From: Octopus sinensis
Lineage: Eukaryota
Direction of reading: 5' to 3'
Length of the DNA: 64,000 nucleotides
NCBI RefSeq assembly: GCF_006345805.1
Contig: NC_042998.1
Coordinates: forward strand, 179,862,001 to 179,926,000
Shown here: in pieces, positions 50,281-63,849 of the stretch
Position numbering within the stretch: position 1 is the first letter of the stretch
Layout: each line of letters starts with the position of its first letter
Notes under the pieces: generated by a model
What the model saw: only the letters and a program-made list of their open reading frames with translations
Told to the model about the DNA's origin: nothing
Databases searched by the model: none
Translations under genes and position numbers: made by a program

Positions 50281-51395
50281 TTCCCTTATACACATATGTA
50301 TGTATACACACGCACATGCACATACGCACATATATCCAGTAGAGGTAGAATCAACAAAAAATGTACTCCATCAAGTGAGAGATAAATATCAATTTGATAA
50401 ACAACCGAAGAACCTAACAGTTTCATGTTTTTATGATACCTGAACGGTTATATTTGTAGAATATGCTATGCGTCACAAAGCAATCTTTCAGGCCTTGTTT
50501 ATTGCAATACTCTTTTACTCTTTTACTTGTTTCAGTCATTTTGACTGTGGCCATGCTGGAGCACCGCCTTTAGAGTATCAATTTATGTGTCTCTCTCTTT
50601 CTGGAGAAAATTGGCTCTAGTCAGATTTGGTGTGAGATCGACTCCTTAGACTCGGAAAATGTCACGCCAGAGCCTCTTCAAATTCAGCAAAAGCTGAAAA
50701 CCGAAGGTAACGTAAGCCCGGATTAAGCTTATCATTCTTCCAGTAATCAATATCCTATATAATAGTCGAATACTGTGGTGAATTTAGTCGTGATTCAAGT
50801 TATCTTCTTTTAAACAATATAAACTGCAGATCTTGTCATAACATCTGGATTAAGTGATCTCTTGGCGATTTTGTTGCTGTCGGAAAAATTGTTTAATTTA
50901 ACCCCTGGCCAACCCTGGTAAAACAGTTATATGAATCGAAAGAATATGGACCTCATGTAAAGAATATCGCATTCTAGGTATTTGTTGCTTAGTTCCAAGT
51001 TGGCCTTCAATGAACAGACTTATTATGAAAGACTTTTCAACTACACCATTTAATTTCCAGTATCTCTGTTCTTTTTAGGTGGTGTGCAACGGACTACATT
51101 GTTTTATGAATTCTTCTATTATTACTTTATTTTTTACCAAAACAAAGTGTGAGTTGAGCGAGACTAGGATACTATTTTTAGCCGGTAGAGCAAACCACGT
51201 AGAGTCATTCTAGTTGGCTTGTTTTATCTCCTGATATATACTTGCTACTTGCAATCCTTACGTAAATCCCCATGGATATATTTCCTTATGTATGTAAACA
51301 CACAGACCCATAAATATATGTACATATATATAGATATATGCATATATACATATACACTATATATATGCATACACACACACATATATATATGTATA

Positions 51396-51433
<38 letters not shown>

Positions 51434-51746
51434 ATACATATGTGTATTCACACACAAGCACACATCAACATAATTAACATGCTTAATACTCCCTGCATGA
51501 TTTAATGTTAACGTTAATTCAAGTAATGGCTATGCTAATGTGGTCAATAAGTCTACTTACTCCAATGAAGACTGGCCATTATGCGAGGATTTAAAGGCAG
51601 AAATGATTTGCTATTGCTTTCTGTAGTCCCACGTGTTACAGGGTGTATATTTCATACTTTCAAAGTACAGTGATCGCCAAATCTATACATCTATACATCT
51701 ATACTTGCATATCACAAATGATTCTCTGCTTATATGATATATATAT

Positions 51747-52002
51747 AATAAATAATAAATAAATGCACCCTTTTAAAGCCTAGCTAGGCTCATGGGCCAG
51801 TTTTCCCCGTTTCTATGGCGTATGTGTTCCCCAGCTGGACGGGACACCAGTCCATCGCAGCGTTACTCATTTCTTGCCAGCTGAGTGGACTGGAGCGAAG
51901 TGTTTTGCTCAAGAACACAACGCGTCGCCCGGTCCAGGAATCGAAACCACAATCTTACGATCATAATGCTGACACCCTAACCACTAAGCCATGCGCCTCC
52001 AC
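51747..52002 (-). mobile_element. SINE D (tRNA head, V-domain-like ctgcgatggactgg, (TTTA)n tail)
   Basis: Reverse-complement head gtggaggcgcatggcttagtgg...ggtttcgattcc. Paralogues at 57989 and 62068. Confidence 0.88.
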
Positions 52003-52439
52003 ATGTAATATATAAACATATATTAAATAATTGATAGGGAAAACAGAGTGCACTGTAAACTGAATCTAGCACGACAATCGTTTCAGCCTACATCTGCTCT
52101 GCTCCGTAGTGGATGGGGAACGATATAATGGAATCTAATGCACTCTATAGTGCAGATGAAACCTCATCAGGTTGCATAATACGTTACAGTGTTATAATGT
52201 GTACATTTCGCTACTTTGTGTGGTAGAATGGTGTTAGTATGATGCACGTGTTCATAGTAGAACACATATCGAAGGTGTGCTCTCAAGGCTCACTGCTAGG
52301 GTCATGTCCAAAACAAGGTTTGGATACTACATTTTAAAGTAATATTACTTATACTTATTGTATTATATTTATCATTCTTTTTATACTTTTTGGAAAAAAA
52401 ATTATATATATATATTATATATATATATTATATTAATTA

Positions 52440-52605
52440 TATTTATATTTATAATATTTGTTATTTATGTATTGGTTTATGTCTATCACTGTTTGAGTTG
52501 ACTAATAGTGGTTTTATCTCTAATTCATATTTTATATATTATACTGTGAATTTGATTAAATACTAAATCTAATTTTTCCCTGTAAGTTTGAAGCCATACT
52601 TCCTA

Positions 52606-52610
<5 letters not shown>
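52440..52610 (+). mobile_element. Diverged copy of the Penelope-like repeat found at 26700-27136
   Basis: ttatgtattgg...aatagtggtttt...ctaaatctaatttttccctgtaa. Confidence 0.55.
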
Positions 52611-52638
<28 letters not shown>

Positions 52639-53379
52639 ATATTATATATATATATATATATTCACGTATATATGTATGCATGTATGTATATGTATGTATG
52701 TTTGTATGTAAGTCTACATACATGCACACACACACGCGCACACATACATAGCAGTATACTAACGTATACAAAGATACATAGTTTATTTAGCCATTTAAAA
52801 GCAACAGGCTACTGGACTTGTTTCAAATAGGCTACTCCACTCTACGTTCGTTTTGAGTACTCATTCATTGAATCATTGCCCAATAACGTATATATGTATG
52901 TTATGTGTGCATCCTTCTGGAGCTCGGCAGCACACGATTAAAATTACTATTCTGGACTATGCGTCGGCACCACTCGCCCGACTTACTGAAAGGGATCAGT
53001 CTCCTGATCTGTATAAAAAGAAAGTATTTATCAACAAATGTGTTATTGAGTTTTCATTCTTCCAGTTCGTCACTAAAGTATACTTATTTCTAAAGCAGAG
53101 ATAACTCAATACGAGTTAATTTATTGTGGGAATTGAAAAGTCTTCATAGTGACCTGTGGTTTAATACTGGATGAAATACCTGTCATTTTCCACTCAGACA
53201 CATTTAGAGGTTAAGTGGCCGTCGAGTTTGTATGGACCAAGAAATGAAAGAAACGGTTCATGCCAACGGAAAAATATTTTGTGTGAGAAGAAATAGTTTA
53301 AGTGTATTTGAAAAGTAAGTAGTCTACGCTGAAAATTTACTCAGCCTTTGAAGATCTCTGTTGTTATAATAATAGACAC

Positions 53380-53528
53380 AGGAGTGGCTGTGTGGTAAGG
53401 TTACCAACCACATAGTTCCGGGTTCAGTCCAACTGCGTGACACCTTGGGCAAGTGCCTCCTACTATAGCCGCGCCCGACCAAGGCCTTGTGAGTGGACTT
53501 GTTAGACAGAAACTGAAACAAGTCCGTC

Positions 53529-53590
<62 letters not shown>

Positions 53591-54190
53591 TGTGTGTGTG
53601 TGTGTGTGTGTGTGCTTGTATGTCTGTGTTTGTTCCAACATCGCCTGACAACCAATTCGGCAAAAGAATCCGATAGAATAAGTACTAGGCTTACAAAGAA
53701 TAAGTCCTGGGGTCGATTTTCTCGACTTAAGGCGGTGCTCCAGCATGACCGCTGTCAAATGACTGAAACAAGTGATGGAAGCACTCCGTCGGTTACGATG
53801 ACGAGGGTTCCGGTTGATCCGAATCAACGGAACAGCCTGCTCGTGAAATTAACGTGTAAGTGGCTGAGCACTCCACAGACACGTGTACCCTTAACGTAGT
53901 TCTCGGGGATATTCAGCGTGACACAGAGAGTGACAAGGCCGGCGCTTTGAAATACAAGGTACAACAGAAACAGGAAGTAAGAGTGAGAGAAAGTTGTGGT
54001 GAAAGAGTACAGCAGGGATCACCACCATCCCCTGCCGGAGCCTCGTGGAGCTTTAGGTGTTTTCGCTCAATAAACACTCACAACGCCCGGTCTGGGAATC
54101 GAAACCGCGATCCTATGACCGCGAGTCCGCTGCCCTAACCACTGGGCCATTGCGCCTCCACTACTGAAACAAGTAAAAGCGTAAAAGTGT
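53380..54190 (+). mobile_element. SINE C whose tail is interrupted by SINE B
   Basis: Head aggagtggctgtgtggtaag; the tail resumes as actgaaacaagtaaaagcg after SINE B. Confidence 0.85.
53774..54162 (-). mobile_element. SINE B, full length
   Basis: TSD actgaaacaagt (53762-53773 / 54163-54174). Confidence 0.95.
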
Positions 54191-55929
54191 AAGTAATGAC
54201 AAAAAATGTGTAACGCTGAACACTGTTCTTCTATGCAGAAAGCGGCCACGGATAACGAAATATTCAACAACTTAATTGAAATTTCAAGCTGAAACCTGTC
54301 CCATAGTAATTATAGTGAGACCATGTCTAGTGATGTGCATACAATTAATATTTAAGCCAACAGGAAAAAAATTATGACAGCATTGCGGATAATTAATGAC
54401 ACACGCTATTTAAATAGGTGTAATTGCACATTTATATATACTAGGGAGCAACACGCAGGCTCCATGGTTGGGCATTAAACAAAGTATCGAATAGACTAAC
54501 TCGCAAAAAATTCGGTCAACGTTTTGTTTGATACTTAGCTCATCACGAAAAGAGAAAAACGCCGCACTTAACAGTTATGCACAGCAGTCGCCTAAGCACT
54601 AAAGCTGGCAAAGAAGTGCTGAAACAAATAATTCTGTCATACACCGTAGAAATGAAATTTACGCTTAATCGAAAAATCGAAGATGACGAGTGTACATATG
54701 AATCCTTTTGTGTAAATAACCGTTAATGATTAACGTTTTATAAATGCCCAGTTTCACGGAGAAAGGGGCTGATAAATATTTTAATTCGATCTTATAATAT
54801 AATCAATGTTGCAAATCTTTTTATATATATAAATGCCTCCGTGTACAAATTGCTCTCTACTGTAAACAAATTATCAACAAGGGAGGTAATTAAATAGGAA
54901 CACATACATTTCTACATACCAGAGAACAAAACTATGTAATTAGGCATTGAACAAAATGCTTAATATCCATTATGTGTGTGTGTGTATGTGTGCATGCGTG
55001 CGTGCGTGCGTGCGTGTATGTGTGTGCGTGTGCGTGTGTGAGTACGTATATATGTATATTGTTCCCTTTTATTTTTAATTAATTGAATTCTTTCTGTAAG
55101 GAAGGGGCTGACTTCTAACAAAGATACAAGGCCCCATCATTGGAATGTAGATAACAAAAAACAACGTCACGTGTTGAACTTGAGAACAGTTTGCATATTT
55201 TTGCTATTTCACTTACAAATTCTATTTGCCAAGTGCGTGATCGCTGATTGATTATTTCTTTGTCTTTTTCTTAAAACCCTAGCTTTTCCAGATTGTCTCT
55301 TAAGCATTTATTGACAAAACCAAGTGCACCAATTATTATCGGCATACATGTGAATTTATAAGATTAGTATATAATAATATGGCTATACATGCATGCGTAC
55401 GTTTATACATATGTATGTTCTTTTCTTTCGCTTTTTAATTTGGAGTAAATTTTATCGGTCACCTACTTGGTAGCAAGGTTGTGAAGGAAAACATCTTGTC
55501 TTAGCTATCATCATTTAAATAAGGTCTTAAAGATTTTTATAGTCCTAAATATTGGGATCCTTTATAGAGTATGAATTAAGGATTTGCATCATTCTCTTCC
55601 CAAGATCTCAAGTTTCGCCATACGTTGCTCCAGACGGGCTGGTATGTATCCTGTTAGCCAATAACAAAAGGTATAAAGCAGAAAGTGCATGTTGGATACT
55701 AGATTTGTAAATTCCTTTTTAATGGTCCACAGATATCTCCTTTCTTTGTATGTATGTATGTATGTATGTATGTATGTATTTATTATGTATGTATGTATGC
55801 ATGTATGTATGTATGTATATATATATATATAATTATATATATATATATATATATAATATATATATATATATATGAATGTATTTATGTATGTATGTATGCA
55901 TGCATGCATGTGTATATGTATGTTGTATG

Positions 55930-56996
55930 CTTGAATGATACTGCTAAGTATCATCAGATGAAAGGATGAGCATATATAAGCAGAAGACTATAGATGGATA
56001 TATTAGTAGAAAGCTCCGAGATGATAGTAACATTGATCATCAAAGTAGTCTATCATGGACCATTAGTCGGATTACTACCTCCCACTTTGAAGGGTATGTG
56101 TTTGCAATCCAGGAACATGAAATATCAACCAAATACCTGAAGCACAAAAGGTACAGAGATGCAGGACAAACAGTAAAATATGACAACAGATGCAGATTTT
56201 GCGGAGTTGACACCGAAGATATCACCTACATCGTAAGCAGTTGTCCGAAAATTCTATCACGGTATTATCTACCGATGAGACATGATGTTGTAGCTAGGAC
56301 ATTTTATAATGAAATTCGCCTGAAAGATAACCTGGAGGGCAAAGAAATAAGAACCCACAGTATGGTAGAAGCCATAGCCACTCATAATAAAAAGGAGTAC
56401 TAGTGGAATGCCCTAGTGAAAACCTCAATAAAATTTAAGCACAACAGACCTGATATAAGGTCTTGAAATAGAGAAGAGGAAACTGTACAGTTGTGGAAAT
56501 TAGCTGTCCAGCGGATGTTAACATAAAGCTGAAGATCAGTGAAAAAGAGAATACCTACGATGAACTATTGAGAAATCAGTAGTTACTCTATCCAGATTGC
56601 AACTTCAGATTTGTACCTATAATTATTGGGACCCTGTGATATGTAACACCCTGCCTAAATACAAATCTTGAGAAATTAGGCTAGTCAAAGCCAGAAAGGA
56701 GAAAGCTAAGTTCGAAGACTACATACCCAATCCAACACTGGAACTGTAAAAATCTGTAAAACTTTCCAGAGGTTTATCATTTAAATATATATATGCGCAT
56801 GTCTAGATATGCAACTATATGCATGAAAATACATACATAAAACAAAACATACAAATCTGCATGAATACATACATACGTACAAACAAAAATACCCTATTGT
56901 TGATGTTGAAATTCTATTGAAGGATCTTGGATTTAGATTAGAAACCATCTCTTTCTCTATTGGCAAGAAATCTTGAAAAAAAACCCTGAATAATAA
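55930..56996 (+). mobile_element. 5'-truncated RLE-LINE (CCHC, endonuclease and 3' UTR)
   Basis: EGYVFAIQEHEISTKYL; CRFCG...SSC; YYLPMRHDVVA; KHNRPD; EKENTY. Stop at 56782-56784, then 3' UTR and (CATA)n. Confidence 0.92.
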
Positions 56997-57988
56997 CATA
57001 CATAGTACGTATATAGATACATACATACATACATACATACATACATACATACATACATACATACATACATACATACATAATACATAATACATACATAATA
57101 CATACATACATATACATATATACACACACTCAGACTAAAACATATATACATACCTAGATACATATACATATACATACACACACAAATGCACATACATATA
57201 TACATACATTCACACGTACACATGCATATACAATACATATATACATACACAGGCACACACACATTCATATATACACACACAGAAAGAGGAAGATGAGAGA
57301 GGAGCGAGAGAGACTTATTGAAATAGACTCCGGGCACTTGGCTGGTATTTTATTTTATCGACTTGGAAACGATGGAAGATAAAATTAATTTAATTTCTAT
57401 TGTCGCAGCGATATCGATGACAATTTCACACCCACAACTATGAAGACAAAGGAAGACAACCACATTGGTGATGACGATGACCAGCAAATGGTACAGTCTT
57501 TTCATGCATGATCACTGGACCTATTAGAAAGAACAGGCAATTGTTCCTCAATTCAAACCATACTCTCATAGAAAAAGACATGTAAGGAAATACAGTGTGA
57601 GGTTACTAGCACAACCCAGTGAAATGGTCACTGCTGGAGTACAATTGATCATACGGCGGCTTGACTTTGGGTAACCTAGTAAGAACAATGTCAAGAACAA
57701 AATGAACAACAACGAAATTCAAAAAGCTAAAATAGAAAAGAAACAAAACAAGCATCGCATTTGTCTTTTAAACGAAGGGAATTCTCATTGTGCTAGAAAT
57801 AGCTGTTAAATTTCTCTGAAATCACAACATACCATATTAAATAAAGATAATGTGGTCCTAATTACTCTATGCCTGAAAGTAAGACGATCTATTCGATGAA
57901 GTTGATCAAGGGTTAAAAAATCACGGCAAATACATCAAAATTAGTGGTGATACAAGATGCTAGGAGAAGAAGAGTAATAACAAAGGAC

Positions 57989-58244
57989 CAAAAAAATGCG
58001 CCCTTTTAAAGCCTAGCCAGGCTCATGGGCCTGGTTTCCCCGGTTCTATGGCGTATGTGTTCCCCAGCTGGACGGGACGCCAGTCCAACACAGCGTTACT
58101 AATTTTTGCCAGTTGAGTGGACCGGAGCAACGTGAAGTGAAGTGTTTTGCTCAAGAACACAACGCGTCGCCCGGTCCAGGAATGGAAACCACAATCTTAC
58201 GATCATGATGCTGACACCCTAACCACTAAGCCACGGGCCTCCAC
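57989..58244 (-). mobile_element. SINE D
   Basis: TSD aataacaaaggac (57976-57988 / 58245-58257). Confidence 0.92.
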
Positions 58245-58329
58245 AATAACAAAGGACAGCAACAGCAATAAGGGTAACCGTACAAAAGACCACAAGAGTG
58301 AAAAGAGGACAGAAAGTACCAGCAGGTGC

Positions 58330-58614
58330 AGGAGAAAAAGTAGCAACACCACCATCACCACCACCACCTCCACCAGCTACAACAACAGTAACAGCAGCAG
58401 CAGCAGTAGCAGCAGCAGTAGCAACAACAACAACAAGAAACCAACAGAAGAACCTATAAGGACGAGTAAAAACAATAAAGAAACTACCTGAAGACTATCT
58501 CCGACAAGGGTACCTCAGCCGCCACCACTACCGCTTCCACCGCTCCCGCAACCACCGCCGTCACCACCGCCACCACCACAACCACTACTAACAACAGCAG
58601 CAGCAATAACAACA

Positions 58615-58668
<54 letters not shown>

Positions 58669-58681
58669 ATCACTACTACTA

Positions 58682-58749
<68 letters not shown>

Positions 58750-59230
58750 GCTACTACTACAAAATCAACGGTGACACAAGCGCTGAAAACAACAAGGTTA
58801 GCAATAACAAATATAAAACCTGACCGCAGCACAAACGATCTCGAATACAACTTCCGACAAGTGTACCACCACCACCACCACCACCACCACGGACACTACC
58901 TCACCACCACCACCACCACCACTACCACCTCACCACCTCACCACCACCACCACCACGGACATTACCTCACCTCACCACCACCACCACCACCACGGACATT
59001 ACCTCACCTCGCCACCACCACCACCACCACTACCTCACCACCACCACCACCACGGACACTACCTCACCTCACCACCACCACCACCACCACCACCACGGAC
59101 ACTACCTCACCTCACCACCACCACTACCACGGACACCACCTCACCACCACCACCACCACCACGGACACTACCTCACCACCACCACCACCATCACCAAATC
59201 AACCACAGCCACCACCGCTACCACCGCTAC
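58330..59230. repeat. Trinucleotide low-complexity tract including a punctuated (CAC)n minisatellite
   Basis: Read directly from the sequence. Confidence 0.9.
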
Positions 59231-59806
59231 CACCGCTACCAAGAACACCAACAATAACGACACTATCAAGCGCAAGCAGTTCAGACATAAATACAAAGAG
59301 GTTAGCGAGGTTTTGTTTAACAACCATCTGGAAATGCAGCGTATCCTTTCTCTTGTTTTATAAATCTTTCTTGGAGGTTACATATAAAGCAGGACAATGG
59401 ACAAACAACAGCCAAATTGCTCAGCTGCATCCCTTCACTGTATACGATGGTGATGGAACCCACCCTTAATGATACACCCTTCACTGTACTCTTAGGCTAA
59501 CACAATCTGTTCCGCTCATAAATCTCATCCCATACATCATTTCTCTCTTGCCTTTTGCTTGCTTCTATTTTATCTTCAGACTATTAGCTTGGACTCCGGC
59601 ATTCTGTTCTGTTCCCGCCTTTATCCTGTCCGTCCGCGCATTCGCCTGTCAGTCTGCCGGTCTCTCTGTCTGTTTGTCTGTCCACTATTTGAGTGTTATT
59701 CGCACTTATTATTCTCAAAACTCATACACAAACATATATACGCACACACTCAGAGCCATAGGGAGTGCCTTATATGAGTGTGCGCGTGTATGCGCAAGTG
59801 CTTGTA

Positions 59807-59857
<51 letters not shown>

Positions 59858-59935
59858 TATAGGATAAAATTTTCGAAAAAATTTTATCAATAGCCAGCAT
59901 ATTAAAAAATATCTTTAAAGGTTAAATTTATAAAC

Positions 59936-60112
59936 AACTTATAAACAAGGGCAAAAGAAAAGAATTCTAATGTCAAATATGCCGAAAATAGACAAATTGT
60001 CAATAACTATATAATTTAACACTGTATATAGTGATAAATTATGGTTATTGACAATTTCTAAATTTTCGGCATACTTGGCATTAGAATTTTTTCTTGTGCC
60101 CTTGTATACAAG

Positions 60113-60114
<2 letters not shown>
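59936..60114. repeat. Fold-back inverted repeat (~80-bp arms)
   Basis: aacttataaacaagggc...ataattta versus taaattatgg...gcccttgtatacaagtt. Confidence 0.85.
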
Positions 60115-60147
<33 letters not shown>

Positions 60148-60149
<2 letters not shown>

Positions 60150-60390
60150 AATAAATCGAAAATGTATGCAGTATGGTATTTGAGATACCTGTATTTGTCT
60201 AAGTTGTTCAAATGCATGCCACGGGTCATACACACACACAACATATATATATATGTGTGTGTATGTGTGTGTGTATGTGTGTATGTGTGTGTGTGTGTGT
60301 GTGTGTGTATGACCAGTGGCATGCATTTGAACAACGTAGACAAATACAGGTATCTCAAATATCACTCTACATACATTTTCGATTTATTAA
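60148..60390. repeat. Fold-back inverted repeat (~85-bp arms) around a CA/TA/TG microsatellite
   Basis: ttaataaatcgaaaatgtatg...gtcatac versus gtatgacc...catacattttcgatttattaa. Confidence 0.88.
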
Positions 60391-61323
60391 GATTTCCATT
60401 CGTTTCAAGAGGTTGTATCACAATTAGCAGATGGCCATTCTGAACAGGTCCACGTCCGAAGGGGAGATAATCTTACAAATCAAGAATTCTCTAAAATGCG
60501 CATACTATTAAGGAAAAGGACAGGTTTATAGACTAGGGATACGGGGATAGACTGGTAGCTACGTTTACCCTTCAATAGGCGTCATCAGCAAGACACATGT
60601 ACTCACATGTCTTTCAGTAGCCAATGGACACAAGCGTATACAAAAAGAATAGAAAATATTTATGACCAAGGTAATTTGCATAATTTATGCAAAAATGAGC
60701 TAAGGGAAACAAGTCAAAGTGGCTAGTGACATGCATGTGAACTCCCTCTCTCCCTCTCTTTCACCCTCGCACACACATGCATATATATAGAGAGAGACTC
60801 AAATGTGTATGTAATCAATAATCATTCATTCATTGCCACTGCTTCTACCTCTGTACTTCTCTTAGTAAATCGTCTGTTTGTCTTCCACTTTCGTGTCTGT
60901 CTGTCGGTTCATCTATTTCTGCCTCTTTTTTCTCCACAATTTTATTTCTGTCCACCACGCCTGCCTGCTCGCACGCACGCACGCACTCAAACACACCCAC
61001 ACACACACACCACACACACACACACACACATCTTTTTAATTCTCTCTACCTTTTCTGTACTGCTTATGTCATTTGTAAAACAACAATAGTGTTTTGGGTT
61101 TCATATTTCAATTTTATTTTTTCGTGAAACAGTTTATCAATCACATTTAAATTAATTATATGTATATCTCTTTGTATACTAATTAACTAGTTAAATGGAA
61201 GCTGATGTTAGCACACACTAAACGGTAGAGCTTAGAATGAAATTATTAAATAGCTATTCCTTTGTCATTTTAAAATTTCATATACACTCATGCATACATA
61301 AATACATGCTAACATACGTATTT

Positions 61324-61965
61324 GAGGCACTGGGATAAGTTATACATTTCCTAAATACCAATCTTGAGAAATTAGGTTTCTCAAAACCAGAAAGGAGAAA
61401 GCTAATTCATTGGCTACAGATCTAAACCATCACTGGAACTGCAAAGATCTGTAAAACTTTCCAGAAGTTTATCATTTAAGTATATATGACCATGTCAAGA
61501 TATGCAACTATATGCATGAGGATACATACATAAAAAAAGAACATACAAATCTGCAGTATACATACATACATACATACATACATACATACATACATACATA
61601 CATACATACATACATACATACATACATACACACACGCACATTATACATGCATACCCTGTTGTTGATGTTGTTGTCAAGCAGCAAGACGGGTAAGGGTGAT
61701 TAGGTGATGGTCTAGTGCTTAGGGGCAGGAGACCCCAAACCATGGAAAAAAAAAACTTTGGTCGTCTTGTTGTAGTCGAGGGCTCTTCGTTGACGCCCGA
61801 CACCACTGGGAGGTGGCTCTCAAAGTCGCTGGAAATGGAGATCTCCAGGTCCAAATTGTTGACTGGCTGTTTTTGATGTTGAAATTCCAAGGAAGGCGCC
61901 TTGGATCTAGGTTAGAAACCAGCTCTTTCTCTATTGGCAAAATATTTTGAAATAAAACTGAATAA
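61324..61965 (+). mobile_element. RLE-LINE 3' end with a nested 202-bp insertion
   Basis: LEKLGFSKPERRKL...KTFQKFII*, with a 3' UTR paralogous to 56785-56996. Confidence 0.9.
61671..61872. mobile_element. Unclassified 202-bp insertion with 9-bp TSD
   Basis: ttgatgttg at 61662-61670 and 61873-61881; the segment is absent from the paralogous UTRs. Confidence 0.75.
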
Positions 61966-62067
61966 GGTCATACATACATACATACATACATACATACATA
62001 CATGCATACATACATACATACATACATACATACATACATACATACATACATACATACATACATACAT

Positions 62068-62336
62068 AAAAATAAATAAATAACTGCGGCCTTATTTTTA
62101 AAGCCTAGCCAGGCTTATGGGCCCGGTTTCCCGGTTTCAGTGGCGTATGTGTTTCCCAGCTGGACGGAACGCCAGTCCATCACAGCGTTACTCACTTTTG
62201 CCCGCTGAGTGGACTGGAGCAACGAGAAATGAAGTGTTTTACTCAAGAACACAACGCGTCGCCCGGTCCAGGAATCGAAACCACAATCTCACGATCATGA
62301 TGCTGACACCTTAACCATTAACCCACGCGCCTCCAC
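62068..62336 (-). mobile_element. SINE D within a (CATA)n array
   Basis: Head, body and TTTA tail are paralogous to the 51747 and 57989 copies. Confidence 0.88.
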
Positions 62337-62591
62337 ACACACACATACATACATACATAAATACATACATACATATGTATGTGTAAGTGTGTATATGTAT
62401 AAAATCTTAATAGCTAACATCGCTAGATGTTGGAAGTTTGACAAGTGCTTTGGGACGAAACTATAAGCTCTTGAGTGACTCCCGTAACAAATTCATTTAA
62501 ACGAAAGGTTATATATACTTTACTCCTTATACTCACTCCTATTTTACCCATTTTTGAAAAACCCAATTGACCGTTTTCTTTTCGCACTGGC

Positions 62592-62642
<51 letters not shown>

Positions 62643-62873
62643 GACAAGCACTAACATAGGCATAAATATACACACGCACATACACAATCAGTGAAAGATA
62701 TATATGAATTACGCACATCGCTTCCATAATTGCTTTATGATTTATGCTTTTGTTCCATTGTCTGTCTGTCACAACTTCCCTTTTTTTTTATCGCATTTCT
62801 CGATCGACAAAGAACACGTCCACACAAATACAGAGATAGATACACGCGCGGGCGCACACTTGGACACAAGCAC

Positions 62874-62973
62874 NNNNNNNNNNNNNNNNNNNNNNNNNNN
62901 NNNNNNNNNNNNNNNNNNNNNNNNNNNNNNNNNNNNNNNNNNNNNNNNNNNNNNNNNNNNNNNNNNNNNNNNN
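62874..62973. other. Assembly gap (100 N)
   Basis: Read directly from the sequence. Confidence 1.
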
Positions 62974-63634
62974 TATGTAGTTAGTATTCGTTACTGAACG
63001 CAATATTATCGTAATACAGTTATTGTATCTATGTGTATGTATCGTCAAAAACTGAGCCCATCTCATTCACATGATTGTCACTCATTTGATGCAAATTGAA
63101 CGAAAGAAGTATATTTCTTGGTTATATATAACATGCAGTTATATGGTTAAATATTGGTTCATACACGATGAAAATGATGTGAAGCAAGCTGAGATGTATT
63201 ATGCCAATGTAATGTTAGAATTGCTTATGTTAAAGCAAAGACAAAGGGCATATATACACAATTATGCCTGACCAACTTAATCTTATAACTTTCACAAAAA
63301 TAAATATTTTTTTATGAATTTCTCTACGAACATGCCTACGAAGATGGTATAGATTTCGATTATATTTGAATTGTTTTTCAGGGAAACTGGGGAGAGGAGA
63401 GTCAGAAAATTCAAACGGCCGGCTTTGTTTCCTCATAACTTTCAGAAGAGTGAGTATTTCGAAATGAAAATTTTGAAAAATACATTTCATAGCGTTTAGA
63501 TTACGATTATATCAGAATTTAATATGGAAATAGAAACTGGTGAGATTAGCACACATACATACTAACATATATTATTTTTTTTCCTTTTCGAAAAATTTAT
63601 TTCATAGCAGTGAGCTGGAAAACTGAGTAGTACC

Positions 63635-63810
63635 AGTAATTCAAAGGCCCTGCCTTGTCACATTGTGTGACGTAGAATCTCACTCAGAACTACGTTAAGG
63701 ATGTGCATATCTGTGGAGTGTTCAACCACTTTCATGTTTATTTCACGAGCAGGCTGTTCCGTTGATCGGATCAACTGGAACTCTCGTCGTCGTAACGGAC
63801 GGAGTGCCAG
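63635..63810 (+). mobile_element. Older B-related SINE 3' half
   Basis: tttcacgagcaggctgttccgttgatcggatcaactggaac...cggagtgcc. Confidence 0.8.
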
Positions 63811-63849
63811 AGCCAGTTATATATATATATTTATATATATGTATATATC

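Noticed and set aside
55560-55745. Possible inverted 5' piece of the 55930 LINE (twin-priming structure)
   Set aside because: Similarity to the RLYxPRxxGGRG region is too weak to support by eye.
58865-59190. Regularly interspaced motif as a CRISPR-like array
   Set aside because: The spacers are simply CAC runs, the context is eukaryotic, and there are no cas genes.
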